From NCBI GenBank assembly GCA_963704725.1, contig OY969934.1, forward strand, positions 448,001-512,000: 64,000 bases of DNA, written 5' to 3'. The translations under genes and the position numbers were made by a program. Numbering within the stretch: the first letter of the stretch is position 1; the number at the start of each line of letters is the position of its first letter. Positions 40,483 to 49,228 of the stretch are shown in pieces. The notes under the pieces are model-generated. The model was given only the letters and a program-made list of their open reading frames with translations, had not been told where the DNA came from and searched no databases. The stretch comes from an uncultured Actinomycetes bacterium. Its GTDB lineage: Bacteria > Actinomycetota > UBA4738 > HRBIN12.

Positions 40483-40931
40483 GCGACGTCCACGCCGTCG
40501 TCGAGGAGCGCCTGCGCGCGGTCGGCCAGCGGTACACCGCCCAGCGCAGGGCGTTGATCGACGCGCTCCGGCGCGCGGGCAACCCTGTCCCGATCCCCGA
40601 CCTCGCGAACGCGCGTCGAGGGCTCCCGCAGAGCTCGGTCTACCGGAACCTCGCCCTGCTGGAGCAGGCCGGCGCCGTGCATCGCGTGCTGACGGGAGAG
40701 GAGTTCGCCCGGTACGAGCTCACCGAGGATCTCACCGAGCACCACCACCATCTCGTCTGCCGCAGCTGTGGAGCGGTCGAGGACGTCACGGTGACCTCGA
40801 GCTTCGAGCGTCAGGTGGCGCGAGCCGTCACGGAGATCGCCGACCGCACGGGGTTCTCGGCCGCCAGCCACCGGCTCGACCTGTTCGGGACGTGCCGGAG
40901 CTGTGTCGAGCGCCGTCAGGCCGTGAGGTAG
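40479..40931 (+). CDS. zur: Fur-family regulator, likely Zur
   Basis: SSVYRNL, HHHHLVCRSCG, GTCRSC; last gene of the znu operon. Confidence 0.85.
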   Translation: MSDVHAVVEERLRAVGQRYTAQRRALIDALRRAGNPVPIPDLANARRGLPQSSVYRNLALLEQAGAVHRVLTGEEFARYELTEDLTEHHHHLVCRSCGAVEDVTVTSSFERQVARAVTEIADRTGFSAASHRLDLFGTCRSCVERRQAVR

Positions 40932-41677
40932 GGCCGGTCCGGACGAGAGACGGAGGCGATCCCGCCGGCGTTCACGATGACCTCGCGGCCGATCGGGTAG
41001 ATCGTCCCGGTCACCTCCACCCACTCGTTGTCCTCGAACGCTCCCGGCGTGACGTTGACCACGCGGACCTGGGCGATCGTCGCGTCGGCCACGCAGCACG
41101 TCACGACGTACCGGGTGAGGAAGAACTCGTCCGCGGGCGTGTCGGCGTAGCGCGTGACGAACCCGACGAAGTCCACGGACTCGCCGGCGCGCTTGGCCAG
41201 GGCGCGCTCGCCGTCCGGCGACGTCTGCCCTGCGGCGACGTCCACGAGCGTGAGCTCGCCGCTCGCGATGTCCCCCGCCGAGGACGCGATCCCGGAGCCG
41301 GTGAACCCTGACCGCTTGTTGGCGGAGAACGAGCCCAGCGTGGCCGGCGGCAGCACCATGACCAGGAGGACGGGCACGACCATCGCTCCCATGATCAACA
41401 GCTCGTGCCGACGGATCGGCTCGGGCCGCCGGGCCCGGGCGGAGGCCAGCCGGCCGAGCGCGGCGGCCGACAGGATCACGGCCGCCACGGGCACCACCCA
41501 CTCCGTGCGGGTCGAGAGGTAGAACGCTCGGCGTCCCGAGAGCAGGAGGAACCAGAAGAGCGTCGCCCACGCGCCGAGGACGACGGCGCCCGCCACCCGA
41601 GCCGGGCTCCACACGCGGGGGAGCGCGGTCTCGGTGATGGGCCGGGGTGCGTCCCGGGCGACGACGGCGTCGGTCAT
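40916..41677 (-). CDS. TIGR03943/DUF1980 (YcgQ-like) putative permease subunit
   Basis: N-terminal TMs; LTRYVVTCCVADA, NEWVEVTG, PDRPY. Confidence 0.85.
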   Translation of the reverse strand: MTDAVVARDAPRPITETALPRVWSPARVAGAVVLGAWATLFWFLLLSGRRAFYLSTRTEWVVPVAAVILSAAALGRLASARARRPEPIRRHELLIMGAMVVPVLLVMVLPPATLGSFSANKRSGFTGSGIASSAGDIASGELTLVDVAAGQTSPDGERALAKRAGESVDFVGFVTRYADTPADEFFLTRYVVTCCVADATIAQVRVVNVTPGAFEDNEWVEVTGTIYPIGREVIVNAGGIASVSRPDRPYLTA

Positions 41678-42678
41678 CCGAACAGCACCCCGATCCACAG
41701 CGTGCCGACGAGCGTGGTCGCGGTCACCCCGATGAGGACCGCGCGCACGAACCCACGGCGGAACGTCCCGCCGTACAGCGCCACCAGCTTCAGGTCGACC
41801 ATCGGTCCGAACACGAGGAACGCCAGCTGCGCGGCGGGGCCGAACTGCACGAACGACGCCGCAACGAACGCGTCCGACTCGGAGCACAGGGACAGCACGC
41901 CGGCGAGGGCCATCATCACGAGCAGCGACACGACCGGCACGCCGGCCACGCCGGTCAGGAGCGACGTCGGCAGGAACGTCTGGATCGCCGCGGCGACGGT
42001 CGCGCCGAGGATCAGGTAGCGGCCCATGAACAGGAAGTCGTTGCCGAGGTGGACGAAGAACCGCCGCCACCGGGCCTCGGGCCGGCCGAGCTCGGTCAGG
42101 TGCTCGTGTGCCTCCTCCGGGTTCGGCTTGAGGAGCTCGTCCTTCGTCCGGGTGCCCACCAGCCAGCCGACCGCGACCGCCACGAGGAACCCGAGCACGA
42201 AGCGTCCCCCGATCATCGTCCACTCGGTCGACCGCCCTCGGTACGCGAAGAACGTGGACGCCACGACGACCGGATTGAGCACCGGCGCGGCGAGCATGAA
42301 CGTCACCGCAGCCGACGGCATGAGCCCGCGCTGCGCCAGCCTCCGAGCCACCGGCACCGAGCCGCACTCGCAGATCGGGAAGGCCAGACCGGCCAGGGCG
42401 GCCGCCGGGAGCTGCAACGGACGGGGGAGCCGGCCGAGCCTCTCGAGCGTGCCGATCGGCACGAAGATCTCGACGAGCGATGCGGCCAGGGCGCCGAGCA
42501 TCACGAACGGCAGCGCCTGGATCAGCAGCGAGCCGAAGATGACGAGGTACGTTCGGACCCACTCGACCCGCTGCGGGTCGAGCAGCCGCAGGGCGACGGC
42601 GCCGAGGACGAGGAGCCCGGCGGCGAGCACGGCGCCGCGCGTCGAGACCGTTCGGGATCTGGGGGCGGCGACGGCCAT
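41674..42678 (-). CDS. DUF318 (YcgR-like) predicted permease
   Basis: QALPF, PICECGSVP, FMLAAPVLNP, LSLCSESDAFVA, FGPMVDLK. Confidence 0.88.
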   Translation of the reverse strand: MAVAAPRSRTVSTRGAVLAAGLLVLGAVALRLLDPQRVEWVRTYLVIFGSLLIQALPFVMLGALAASLVEIFVPIGTLERLGRLPRPLQLPAAALAGLAFPICECGSVPVARRLAQRGLMPSAAVTFMLAAPVLNPVVVASTFFAYRGRSTEWTMIGGRFVLGFLVAVAVGWLVGTRTKDELLKPNPEEAHEHLTELGRPEARWRRFFVHLGNDFLFMGRYLILGATVAAAIQTFLPTSLLTGVAGVPVVSLLVMMALAGVLSLCSESDAFVAASFVQFGPAAQLAFLVFGPMVDLKLVALYGGTFRRGFVRAVLIGVTATTLVGTLWIGVLFG

Positions 42679-44006
42679 CAGCAGTACCTCGCGAACGAGA
42701 CGGCGAAGCCCTGGAACGCGTCCGCCATCATCTCCCGCCCGTCCTCGTCCGTCACGCCGAGCAGCGCGTCCACGGCGACCTGACCGGTGATCGCCGCCTC
42801 GGTCAGGACCCGCTGGTCGAGGAAGAGCCCTCCTGGCACCGTCGCCGCGACGGCGGGAGCGACGCCGGGCACGGCGTCCTCGGCCGCGGCGATCAGGCCC
42901 GTGTCCGGGACGGCGTCCGCGCGGCGTTCGGACGTTCCCGTTCCCGCCACCGCGACGAGCACGGAGCCGCCGATCGCCGCGCGGGCGGCGTCCACGATCC
43001 GCTCGGTCCGGCGGTCGAGCGCTCGCACGTCGCCGTCGAGCACCACGCCGAGGACGTCCGGGATCTCGTCGCCGATCCCCGGCGCCTCGAGCAGCGAGCG
43101 CGCCGCGCCGACGGCCCGCTCTCCGCGGGCCACGACGACGCGGTCGGTGTCGTGCTGCGCGTACCACGCACCGCCGATCAGGCCGCGGTCGAGGTCATCG
43201 GTGGCGACGAGCGAGACGATCGAGCGCTGACCGGTGGCGTCATCGAGGTCCTCGGCGAGCGTGGCGATCACGGGAACCGGCGCTCCCTCGCCGAACGCCG
43301 GAACCACCTGACCCGCGTCGTTGCGGACGAACGAGCCGGTCACCCCGTGTTGGTGCGGCAACCCGCCGGTGCCGATCGTCGCGAGCGTGGCCGTCGGGTC
43401 GAGGGGGAGCGACCCCGTCTCGCCCCTCAGCGTGCCGGCCCCGTCGCGGAGCAGCGATCGAAGGAACGGCCAGTCCTTCGGCGCGCCCTCGAGATCGATG
43501 GTGCCGACGCCCTTCCACGCCACGAGGAGGACGAGGCCCGGGGCTTCACCACTCGCGACGCCGTCGATCGCCGTGCCGGAACGCACGTCGGGGAAGGGGC
43601 GCTCGAAGCCGATCGCGTCGCTCGCGGTCGGGGCGATCCGGTCGAGGGTGACGCCACCCGGGACCGGTGCACCGGCCGCGACGCCCGCGCCGGCGAACAC
43701 GATCGGGACGCGAGTGTCCGCTGAGCCCCGAACGGCCGGCCACGGCGCCGGCAGGCCGGTCCCACCGGTCGCCGAGAACACCGGCACTCGGTTCGACACC
43801 GCGAGGACGTCGGGTGACCGGCCCTCGCGGAAGCCGGCGGCGATCTCCCGCTTCAGGGCTTCGGGCAGGGGACAGAAGGGCGTCCGGGCGACGCCCTCGG
43901 AGCCCGAGTCGCAGGATCTCCCGGCGCAGACGGCGTGCAGGACCCCGGCGGGGATGCCGACGACGGCGAGCACGAGCAGGAGGATGAGCAGGCGACGACC
44001 GGACAC
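42678..44006 (-). CDS. Degenerate (probably inactive) circularly permuted alkaline-phosphatase-superfamily protein
   Basis: RSPDVL..DTRVPIVFAG..DRIAPT then GLVLLVAWKG..WPFLRSL..ATIGTG..HGVTG, colinear with the three neighbouring paralogs but lacking metal ligands. Confidence 0.75.
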   Translation of the reverse strand: MSGRRLLILLLVLAVVGIPAGVLHAVCAGRSCDSGSEGVARTPFCPLPEALKREIAAGFREGRSPDVLAVSNRVPVFSATGGTGLPAPWPAVRGSADTRVPIVFAGAGVAAGAPVPGGVTLDRIAPTASDAIGFERPFPDVRSGTAIDGVASGEAPGLVLLVAWKGVGTIDLEGAPKDWPFLRSLLRDGAGTLRGETGSLPLDPTATLATIGTGGLPHQHGVTGSFVRNDAGQVVPAFGEGAPVPVIATLAEDLDDATGQRSIVSLVATDDLDRGLIGGAWYAQHDTDRVVVARGERAVGAARSLLEAPGIGDEIPDVLGVVLDGDVRALDRRTERIVDAARAAIGGSVLVAVAGTGTSERRADAVPDTGLIAAAEDAVPGVAPAVAATVPGGLFLDQRVLTEAAITGQVAVDALLGVTDEDGREMMADAFQGFAVSFARYC

Positions 44007-44065
44007 GGATCTCCACGGTAACGCCGGGTCGCTGGGTTGTCGTTCTCGGTTCCGTGGTGTTTCGT

Positions 44066-45814
44066 ATGCCGCTCGTGACCCTCTCGCGGCGTGGTGTCGG
44101 ACTGCTCGCCGCCTTGGTCGTGGTCGCCGCCGCGTGCACGGGAGACGACGGCGGCTCGGCGGCGCCCGAACGATCGGCCCGGCCGTCCGCTCCGCCGGCC
44201 TCCGCGCCGTCCTCTCCGTCGGGCTCGGCCTCGGGGCAGAGCCCCGGAGCGACGCCGGCCGTCGCCACCGGCGACCTCGTCGACGTGGCGTGCTCGTTGC
44301 CGCACGAATGGCTCCTGCGGACCTGGAGGGGCGATCGCGCCGACCGCAGCGCCGAGCTGCAGTTCCTCCCCGACGAGCCGAACTTCGTCGGGTCGGGCCT
44401 CCCTCACGTGGGGCCGTGGCCGTACGCGCAGGACGTTCCGATGTTCTGGTACGGCCCGGGGCACATCGCCCCGGCCGGCGTCGTCGACCGTCCGGTCACC
44501 CTCGCGGGGATCGCCCCCACGGAGGCCGAGCTGCTCGGCTTCCCGTTCCGAACGCCCGACGGGACGCCGATGAGCGAGGCGCTCGCCGGCAACCCGGCGC
44601 CGCCGAAGCTGATCGTGACGATGGTGTGGGACGCCGGCGGCCGCAACGTGCTCGCGCGGTGGCCGAAAGAGTGGCCGTTCCTGAAGTCGCTGATCTCGGA
44701 GGGCGCCTGGTACGAGCACGCCACCGTCGGGACGTCGCCGACGAGCACGGCGCAGACGCACGCCACGATCGGGACCGGGCTGTTCCCCGACCATCACGGC
44801 ATCGTGGGGCACCGCCTGCGCATCGGCGGCCAGATCACGACGCCGTGGCAGCGCGGGCCGACCTACCTGATCGCGCCGACGCTCGCGGACCTGTACGACG
44901 AGGCCATGGGGAACGAACCGGTCGTCGGCGAGCTCGGAACCGTGAGCATCCACCTCGGCATGCTGGGGCACGGCTCGATGTGGGGAGGCGGGGACCAGGA
45001 CATCGCCGCGGTGCGCGAGGTGGTCGGCGCCGACACCCTCGGAGCCGAGGGGTTCGAGTGGAACCTCACGCCGAGCCTGCAGCCGTACTACCGGTTCCCC
45101 GACTACCTCAACGACGTCCCGGGGTTCGACCAGGACGTGCGCGACGTCGACGCCGCCGACGGGCGGATCGACGGCAGGTGGCGGACGAACGACATCGCGC
45201 AGCTGCTGTCGGGGTTCGACACGCCGGCGCGCATCCCGTACCAGACGCGGGCCCTCGAGGAGCTGATCACACGCGAAGGGTTCGGGCAGGACGACGTCCC
45301 GGACCTCCTGTTCGTGAACTACAAGATGATCGACTACATCAGCCATGTGTGGACGGTGAACAGCCCCGAGATGAAGGACGCCGTCGCGGACCAGGACCTG
45401 GCCCTGCAGGAGCTCGTGGGGTTCCTCAACCAGACCGTCGGCGAGGGTCAGTGGGCGCTCGTCCTCACGGCCGACCACGGCTCGATCCCCGACCCCGAGG
45501 TGAGCGGGGCGTTCCAGATCTCGGCCACCCCGATCGCGAACGGCATCAACGCGACGTTCGACACGGACGGCGATGACACGCGCATCGTGCAGGTCATCCA
45601 GCCGACGCAGATCTTCGTGAACACCGACGAGCTCGAGCAGAACGGGCACACGCTCGAGGAGCTGAGCTCCTGGATCATGGGCCTCACGAAGGCCGACACG
45701 GCCCAGCCCGGCGTCGTCGTCCCGCCCGACGAGGCCGGCGACCGGGTGTTCCAGGCTGCGTTCCCCTCCTCCCTGCTCGACGAGCTGCCGTGCCTGCCCG
45801 AGGCCCATCGGTGA
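44066..45814 (+). CDS. Alkaline phosphatase superfamily (PafA/NPP-like) lipoprotein, circularly permuted, paralog 1
   Basis: Lipobox VAAAC; PHVGPW, VWDAGG, PTSTAQTHATIGTG, IDYISH, LTADHG. Confidence 0.88.
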   Translation: MPLVTLSRRGVGLLAALVVVAAACTGDDGGSAAPERSARPSAPPASAPSSPSGSASGQSPGATPAVATGDLVDVACSLPHEWLLRTWRGDRADRSAELQFLPDEPNFVGSGLPHVGPWPYAQDVPMFWYGPGHIAPAGVVDRPVTLAGIAPTEAELLGFPFRTPDGTPMSEALAGNPAPPKLIVTMVWDAGGRNVLARWPKEWPFLKSLISEGAWYEHATVGTSPTSTAQTHATIGTGLFPDHHGIVGHRLRIGGQITTPWQRGPTYLIAPTLADLYDEAMGNEPVVGELGTVSIHLGMLGHGSMWGGGDQDIAAVREVVGADTLGAEGFEWNLTPSLQPYYRFPDYLNDVPGFDQDVRDVDAADGRIDGRWRTNDIAQLLSGFDTPARIPYQTRALEELITREGFGQDDVPDLLFVNYKMIDYISHVWTVNSPEMKDAVADQDLALQELVGFLNQTVGEGQWALVLTADHGSIPDPEVSGAFQISATPIANGINATFDTDGDDTRIVQVIQPTQIFVNTDELEQNGHTLEELSSWIMGLTKADTAQPGVVVPPDEAGDRVFQAAFPSSLLDELPCLPEAHR

Positions 45815-47520
45815 GGCCGCGGGGCCCCGCGCTCCTGCTGGCCGCGGCCCTCGTCGCGGCGGCCTGCACGTCGGGGGGCGATCGAGGCGCCGACGACGGC
45901 TCGAGCCCCACCTCCGCCCTTCCCGCCTCGGCGAGCCCGGTCCGGCCCTCCTCCACCACCCCCGCGGAGCCCGAGCCCGGCGCGCTCGAGCAGGCGGCGT
46001 GCGCGATGCCGCACCGCGAGCTCGTTCGCATCTGGCGCGGGACCGATCCGCAGCGCTCCGGCCAGATCGTGGTCGTGCCGCAGGAGCCGAACTTCCTCGG
46101 CTCGAACTTCCCGCACTCGGGCCCCTGGGACTACCTGCAGGACGTTCCGTTGCTCTGGTACGGGCCGGGCATCGTCCCGGCGCTCGGGTCCGTCGACCGG
46201 CCCGTGACGCTCGCCTCGGTCGCGCCGACCGAGGCCAAGCTGCTCGGCTTCGACTTCTCGGCCCCGGACGGCCACGCCCTTCCCGAGATCCCCGCCCCCG
46301 CGACGGCGCCGCCGCTGATCGTGACGTTCGTGTGGGACGCCGGCGGACGCAGCGTCCTCGACTCCTTTCCGCAGGACTGGCCGGTCCTGCGCTCGCTGAT
46401 CGACGGCGGGGTCTGGTACGAGCACGCCAGCGTGGGCTCGAGCCCCTCGATCACGCCGGCCACGCATGCGACGATCGGCACCGGCGCCTACCCCATGCAC
46501 ACCGGGCAGACGGACGCCGAGTTCCGCATCGGCCCGGACCTCGTGCGGGCCGGCCAGCTCGGCCCGGTGCTGTTGATGGAGCCCACGCTGGGGGATCTGT
46601 ACGACCGTGCGATGGGCAACGCGCCGCTCGTGGGGGATCTGGCCAGCGTGACCTGGCACCTCAACATGGCCAGCCACGGCTCGCTGTGGGGCGGCGGAGA
46701 CCGGGACATCGCGGTGCTCCGCACGCCCAGCATCTCCGGCGGGAACGAGGGCGCCGAGGGCAACCAGTGGAACCTCCAGGGCAAGAACCGGCCCTACTAC
46801 GAGTTCCCCGAGTACGTGAACGACCTGCCGCCGCTGTCGGCATACACGGACGCCGTCGACCGGGCCGACGGTGCGATCGACGGCATGTGGCGCGACAACT
46901 CGATCCAGCAGTACGAGGACGGGTGGGCCACGCCCGCCCGGATCCCGTACCAGGAGCGGATGATCGAGGAGGTCGTGGCGCGCGAGGGCTTCGGCGACGA
47001 CGACGTGCCCGACCTCCTGTTCATCAACTCGAAGGCGATCGACCACGCGAGCCACATCTGGAGCGTGAACAGCCCCGAGATGCAGGACATGCTGTCGTGG
47101 CAGGACGAGGCGCTCGGGCAGTTCATCCGGTTCCTCGACGACGAGGTGGGAGCGGGACGGTGGGTCCTGCTCCTCACGGCCGACCACGGCGCGCAGTTCG
47201 ACCCGCAGGTCTCGGGCGCGTTCCAGGTCACCCCGACGCACCTCGAGCAGGACCTGAACGAGGCCTTCCCGTCGTCGACGGACCAGTCGGTGTTCCAAGC
47301 CGTGCGCACGAGCCAGATCTACGTGAACGAGACGACGATGGAGGCGAGCGGGTACACGTTCGAGGAGATCTCGCGGTTCGTCCTGGACTACACGAAGGCC
47401 CAGGGCGCGACCGACCCCGCCACGGTCCCCGCCGACCAGCGCGACGACCGGGTCTTCTCCGCGGCGTTCCCCATCGACCTGCTTCCCACGCTGACCTGCC
47501 TGCCCGAGGCTCGGGAGTGA
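45811..47520 (+). CDS. Alkaline phosphatase superfamily (PafA/NPP-like) lipoprotein, circularly permuted, paralog 2
   Basis: GTGA overlap; VAAAC; PHSGPW, VWDAGG, PSITPATHATIGTG, IDHASH, LTADHG. Confidence 0.88.
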   Translation: MRPRGPALLLAAALVAAACTSGGDRGADDGSSPTSALPASASPVRPSSTTPAEPEPGALEQAACAMPHRELVRIWRGTDPQRSGQIVVVPQEPNFLGSNFPHSGPWDYLQDVPLLWYGPGIVPALGSVDRPVTLASVAPTEAKLLGFDFSAPDGHALPEIPAPATAPPLIVTFVWDAGGRSVLDSFPQDWPVLRSLIDGGVWYEHASVGSSPSITPATHATIGTGAYPMHTGQTDAEFRIGPDLVRAGQLGPVLLMEPTLGDLYDRAMGNAPLVGDLASVTWHLNMASHGSLWGGGDRDIAVLRTPSISGGNEGAEGNQWNLQGKNRPYYEFPEYVNDLPPLSAYTDAVDRADGAIDGMWRDNSIQQYEDGWATPARIPYQERMIEEVVAREGFGDDDVPDLLFINSKAIDHASHIWSVNSPEMQDMLSWQDEALGQFIRFLDDEVGAGRWVLLLTADHGAQFDPQVSGAFQVTPTHLEQDLNEAFPSSTDQSVFQAVRTSQIYVNETTMEASGYTFEEISRFVLDYTKAQGATDPATVPADQRDDRVFSAAFPIDLLPTLTCLPEARE

Positions 47521-49211
47521 GGCGTCGCCGTTCCGCGGCGGCGCTGCTCGCGGTGGCCGTCGTCGCCGCGGCGTGCACCGGCGACTCGCCGGGTCCCGGC
47601 CCGTCGCGGACGCCCGGCGCGCCGACGAGCCCTCCGCCCCCGACCAGCGACCGGGAGCTGGCGCGGACCGCGTGCCGCAACGTCGACCACGACGTCCTCC
47701 TGCGGACCTGGCACGGCGTCAGCCTGGACCGCAGCGGCGACGTCCAGATCATCCCCGTGGAGCCGAACTTCGTGAACGGCGGGCTGACCCACGCCACGCC
47801 GTTCGACTACACGCAGGACGTCCCGCTCTTCCTGTACGGGCCCGGCTACGTGAGGTCCGGCGTCTACGACGAGCCGATCACGCTGGCCGACCTCGCGCCG
47901 ACGACGGCTGCGCTGCTGAAGTACCGGTTCGACGCGCCGGACGGGAGCCCCCAAACCCAGGCGCTCCTCCCGGCGGCCGACCGCCCGCTCCCCGCGCTCG
48001 TCGTGACGGTCATCTGGGATTCGGGCGGAGACGATGTTCTTGATCGATGGCCCCACAGCTGGCCCTACCTTCGCTCGCTCCGCCAGCGGGGAGCGTGGTT
48101 CACCAACGTCACCGTGGGCTCGTCCCCGTCGAACACGCCGACCGGCCACGCGACGATCGGCACGGGGGCGTTCCCGATGCGCAACGGGTTCGTCGACGAG
48201 TACCTGCGGGTGAACGGCCGCATCCAGAAGCCGAACGCGAACGGTCCGGCGTTCCTGAACGTCCCCACTCTGGCCGACCTCTACGACGCGGCGAGGGACA
48301 ACGCGCCGAAGGTCGGGGCCATCGCGACGCTCGCGGCCCACATCATGATGATGGGCCACGGCTCGGAGTGGGGCGACGGCGACCGGGACCTCGCCGTGAC
48401 GCGGGAGAAGGAGTTCGCGGCCACGGCCGGCGCCGAGAGCCTGACCTGGAACCTGACGAGCGCGATGGCACCCTTCTACGACCTGCCCGGCTACGTGAAC
48501 GACCTCCCTCCGCTCTCCGACTACGTCGACGCGATCGATCGCCTGGACGGCCGGCTCGACGGCAAGTGGCGCACGAACGACATCGCCCAGCTCTCCAACG
48601 GGTTCGACACCCCGGCACGCACGCCGTTCCAGGAGACGCTGATCGAGGCCGTGATCCAGCGCGAGGGGTTCGGCGCCGACGACGTTCCCGACCTGCTGTA
48701 CCTCAACTACAAGGCCATCGACACGATCGGTCACCTGTTCAGCGCGGACGGGGTCGAGATGTCGGACGCGGTGAAGGTGCAGGACGAGACGCTGCGCCGG
48801 CTGATCGACTTCCTCGATCAGACCGTCGGCCGGGACCGATGGGTCATGGTGCTCACCGCCGACCACGGGACCCAGCGCGACCCCACCGCCTCCGGCGCGT
48901 TCATGATCGACATCCACAAGCTGGAGGACGGCCTCAACCGCACGTTCGACGGCGATGGCGACGGGGTCCCGGCGATCCAGAAGGTCCGCCCCACCGAGGT
49001 CTGGATCGACACCGACGAGCTCGCCGAGAACGGGTTCACCCTCGAGCAGGTCTCGCGCTGGTTCCTCGGCCTCACGCAGCAGGAGACCTACAAGAACCAG
49101 CACGTCCCGGCGGCCGGGCACGAGGACGATCCGGTCTTCGCCGCCGCGTTCCCGTCGTCTATCCTGACGGCGCTCCCGTGCCTTCCCGAGGCCCGCGGGA
49201 GCTCGTCGTAG
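47517..49211 (+). CDS. Alkaline phosphatase superfamily (PafA/NPP-like) lipoprotein, circularly permuted, paralog 3
   Basis: GTGA overlap; VAAAC; THATPF, IWDSGG, PSNTPTGHATIGTG, IDTIGH, LTADHG. Confidence 0.88.
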   Translation: MRRRRSAAALLAVAVVAAACTGDSPGPGPSRTPGAPTSPPPPTSDRELARTACRNVDHDVLLRTWHGVSLDRSGDVQIIPVEPNFVNGGLTHATPFDYTQDVPLFLYGPGYVRSGVYDEPITLADLAPTTAALLKYRFDAPDGSPQTQALLPAADRPLPALVVTVIWDSGGDDVLDRWPHSWPYLRSLRQRGAWFTNVTVGSSPSNTPTGHATIGTGAFPMRNGFVDEYLRVNGRIQKPNANGPAFLNVPTLADLYDAARDNAPKVGAIATLAAHIMMMGHGSEWGDGDRDLAVTREKEFAATAGAESLTWNLTSAMAPFYDLPGYVNDLPPLSDYVDAIDRLDGRLDGKWRTNDIAQLSNGFDTPARTPFQETLIEAVIQREGFGADDVPDLLYLNYKAIDTIGHLFSADGVEMSDAVKVQDETLRRLIDFLDQTVGRDRWVMVLTADHGTQRDPTASGAFMIDIHKLEDGLNRTFDGDGDGVPAIQKVRPTEVWIDTDELAENGFTLEQVSRWFLGLTQQETYKNQHVPAAGHEDDPVFAAAFPSSILTALPCLPEARGSSS

Positions 49212-49228
49212 CGGGAGCAGGGGATCGT

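Noticed and set aside
44066-49211. DNA-level repeats suggesting an array or assembly duplication
   Set aside because: Similarity reflects diverged protein paralogs, not identical repeats, so this is neither a misassembly nor CRISPR.
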